Positions 62,621 to 64,000 of a stretch of 64,000 nucleotides of DNA are shown here, one piece after another (the stretch's first letter is position 1; every line of letters starts with the position of its first letter). This DNA comes from Tubiluchus corallicola. Its lineage: Eukaryota > Animalia > Priapulida. A model generated the notes under the pieces. That model was not told the DNA's origin and searched no databases. It saw nothing but the letters and a program-made list of their open reading frames with translations. Location of the stretch: assembly GCA_030141605.1 (NCBI GenBank), contig JAQGDQ010000130.1, positions 62,001 through 126,000 on the forward strand, given 5' to 3'. The translations under genes and the position numbers were made by a program.

Positions 62621-64000
62621 CACTAATAGATTTTATGGTAGGGTTGGTTGAGCGGCAGCATTCATCTGCTTCATGCGAGTGGTGTGAGTTCGATGCTAGC
62701 TCTGGGAATTACTACATATAAACCTTGGCTAATTACCTCTCAGATAAAGCATACATGCAGGTTTAAATGTGACTGGGACACTCCTGGCGGTTGAGGACTC
62801 CAGTCACGCCACAAACATCTTTTTGGGTTGGCCCTCCTCGTTTGAGTGATTTCTGACTTGCAGAGTGCCAAAACGTATATTGTCTGCTCAGTTAAATGGA
62901 ATATGCATTGCAAAGCTCAAGAGGTATTTAAATTTAATGCACATTATCTGCTCTGCATAGTAATATTAATATTAGCTGTGGAGAACTGTTCCTTTACACT
63001 ACGGGACAAAATCAGGCGTAGGCTTTAACTGAAAAGATTTCATCTCACATATCATTTTTTGGCACACATTAATTGTATATGCTACTTAGAGTATTTTAGA
63101 TTATTTATATCGTATATACATGTGTATTAATTAACAGTATTGGCAAAAAAACTATTTTAAAAATTCCTTTTCAAAAATTCGGAGGGCATTAAGATGTGTA
63201 AGGAGAGAGAACTTGACATAACTTTAACATATTTTTATATTCTTTATTTATTTTTAGCTTATTAGTTAATGACTTTGTTTCAATCAAGCTTGCTATAGTG
63301 CCAGAGCTCCTCTGTTAGCCTAGCACCACGTGGAGGTCGAGGAGGTGGACTTCTTGGCTCAGTAACAGACAGCCACAATACGTGTTTTTACAGCTACAAA
63401 GTCCAACAGCACAATTATCACAAAAGAAGAGTATAAATTAAAATGGCCTAAAACTGAAGAACTGACAGAGTTTGATAGAGTGTAAAACCTTTAGGCTACA
63501 GAGCTGGGGAAAGTAATAAGGCATGGAGCGTTAATATTCTTTAAAGGCATGCTCAAGTCGAGTTATCCAAAACTTCAACAAACGGTTTAAGCAAGTAGAA
63601 TGTCTAAAGTAGTGAAAAACTGATGCTGTCACTAAGAAATTCAAATTAGACTGGTTAGAAAACAGTTTGGAAACTAACGATTGAAAAAAATCAGGGAATT
63701 TTGTTTAATCTGGGTAGTCAAAATATAAGATATGATACAATTTGAAGAGACTTGCTATAGAAACACGAATGCAGCTTGAAGTGCCAGAAGTAAGAGTGAA
63801 AACTGTGCAGCAGACAACAACAAACATGTAATGACACCACAAACATGTTACAGAACAACTTGAAAGACCCTAAGACACTAAAGTGAATAAATAAATAAAT
63901 AAGCCTGTACAGTGTCAGGACCTAAAGTCGAAATTATAATAAGGCTAATATCTACACAAATATTGCATGCTACGTTAATAAAAAACTCATCTAACATCTA

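Overview
AT-rich eukaryotic (animal, probably invertebrate) genomic DNA. It is dominated by non-coding sequence, microsatellites and decayed transposable elements. I found no prokaryotic features, rRNA, intact tRNA or CRISPR array, and no conserved housekeeping gene. Most listed ORFs are microsatellite or low-complexity artefacts. Supported content: (1) an internally deleted, frameshifted BEL/Pao LTR retrotransposon (minus strand, ~58.7-61.95 kb) with a tRNA-Phe-like PBS, bracketed by two diverged copies of an unexplained ORF-bearing segment. (2) Two paralogous, differently damaged copies (16.8 kb and 55.4 kb) of a ~105-aa secreted 8-Cys protein. (3) 3' fragments of LINEs (CR1/L2-like, RTE-like, and an R1-like one inside a (TC)n tract). 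(4) Many non-autonomous DNA elements (Kolobok-, hAT- and Harbinger-type MITEs, a telomere-repeat MITE, and a 2.1-kb fold-back element carrying a 154-bp satellite). (5) An orphan 151-aa ORF. (6) Hairpins, degenerate hammerhead-like motifs and candidate regulatory motifs. All alignments and translations beyond the supplied ORF track were done by eye. Coordinates of decayed elements are approximate and no database search was run.
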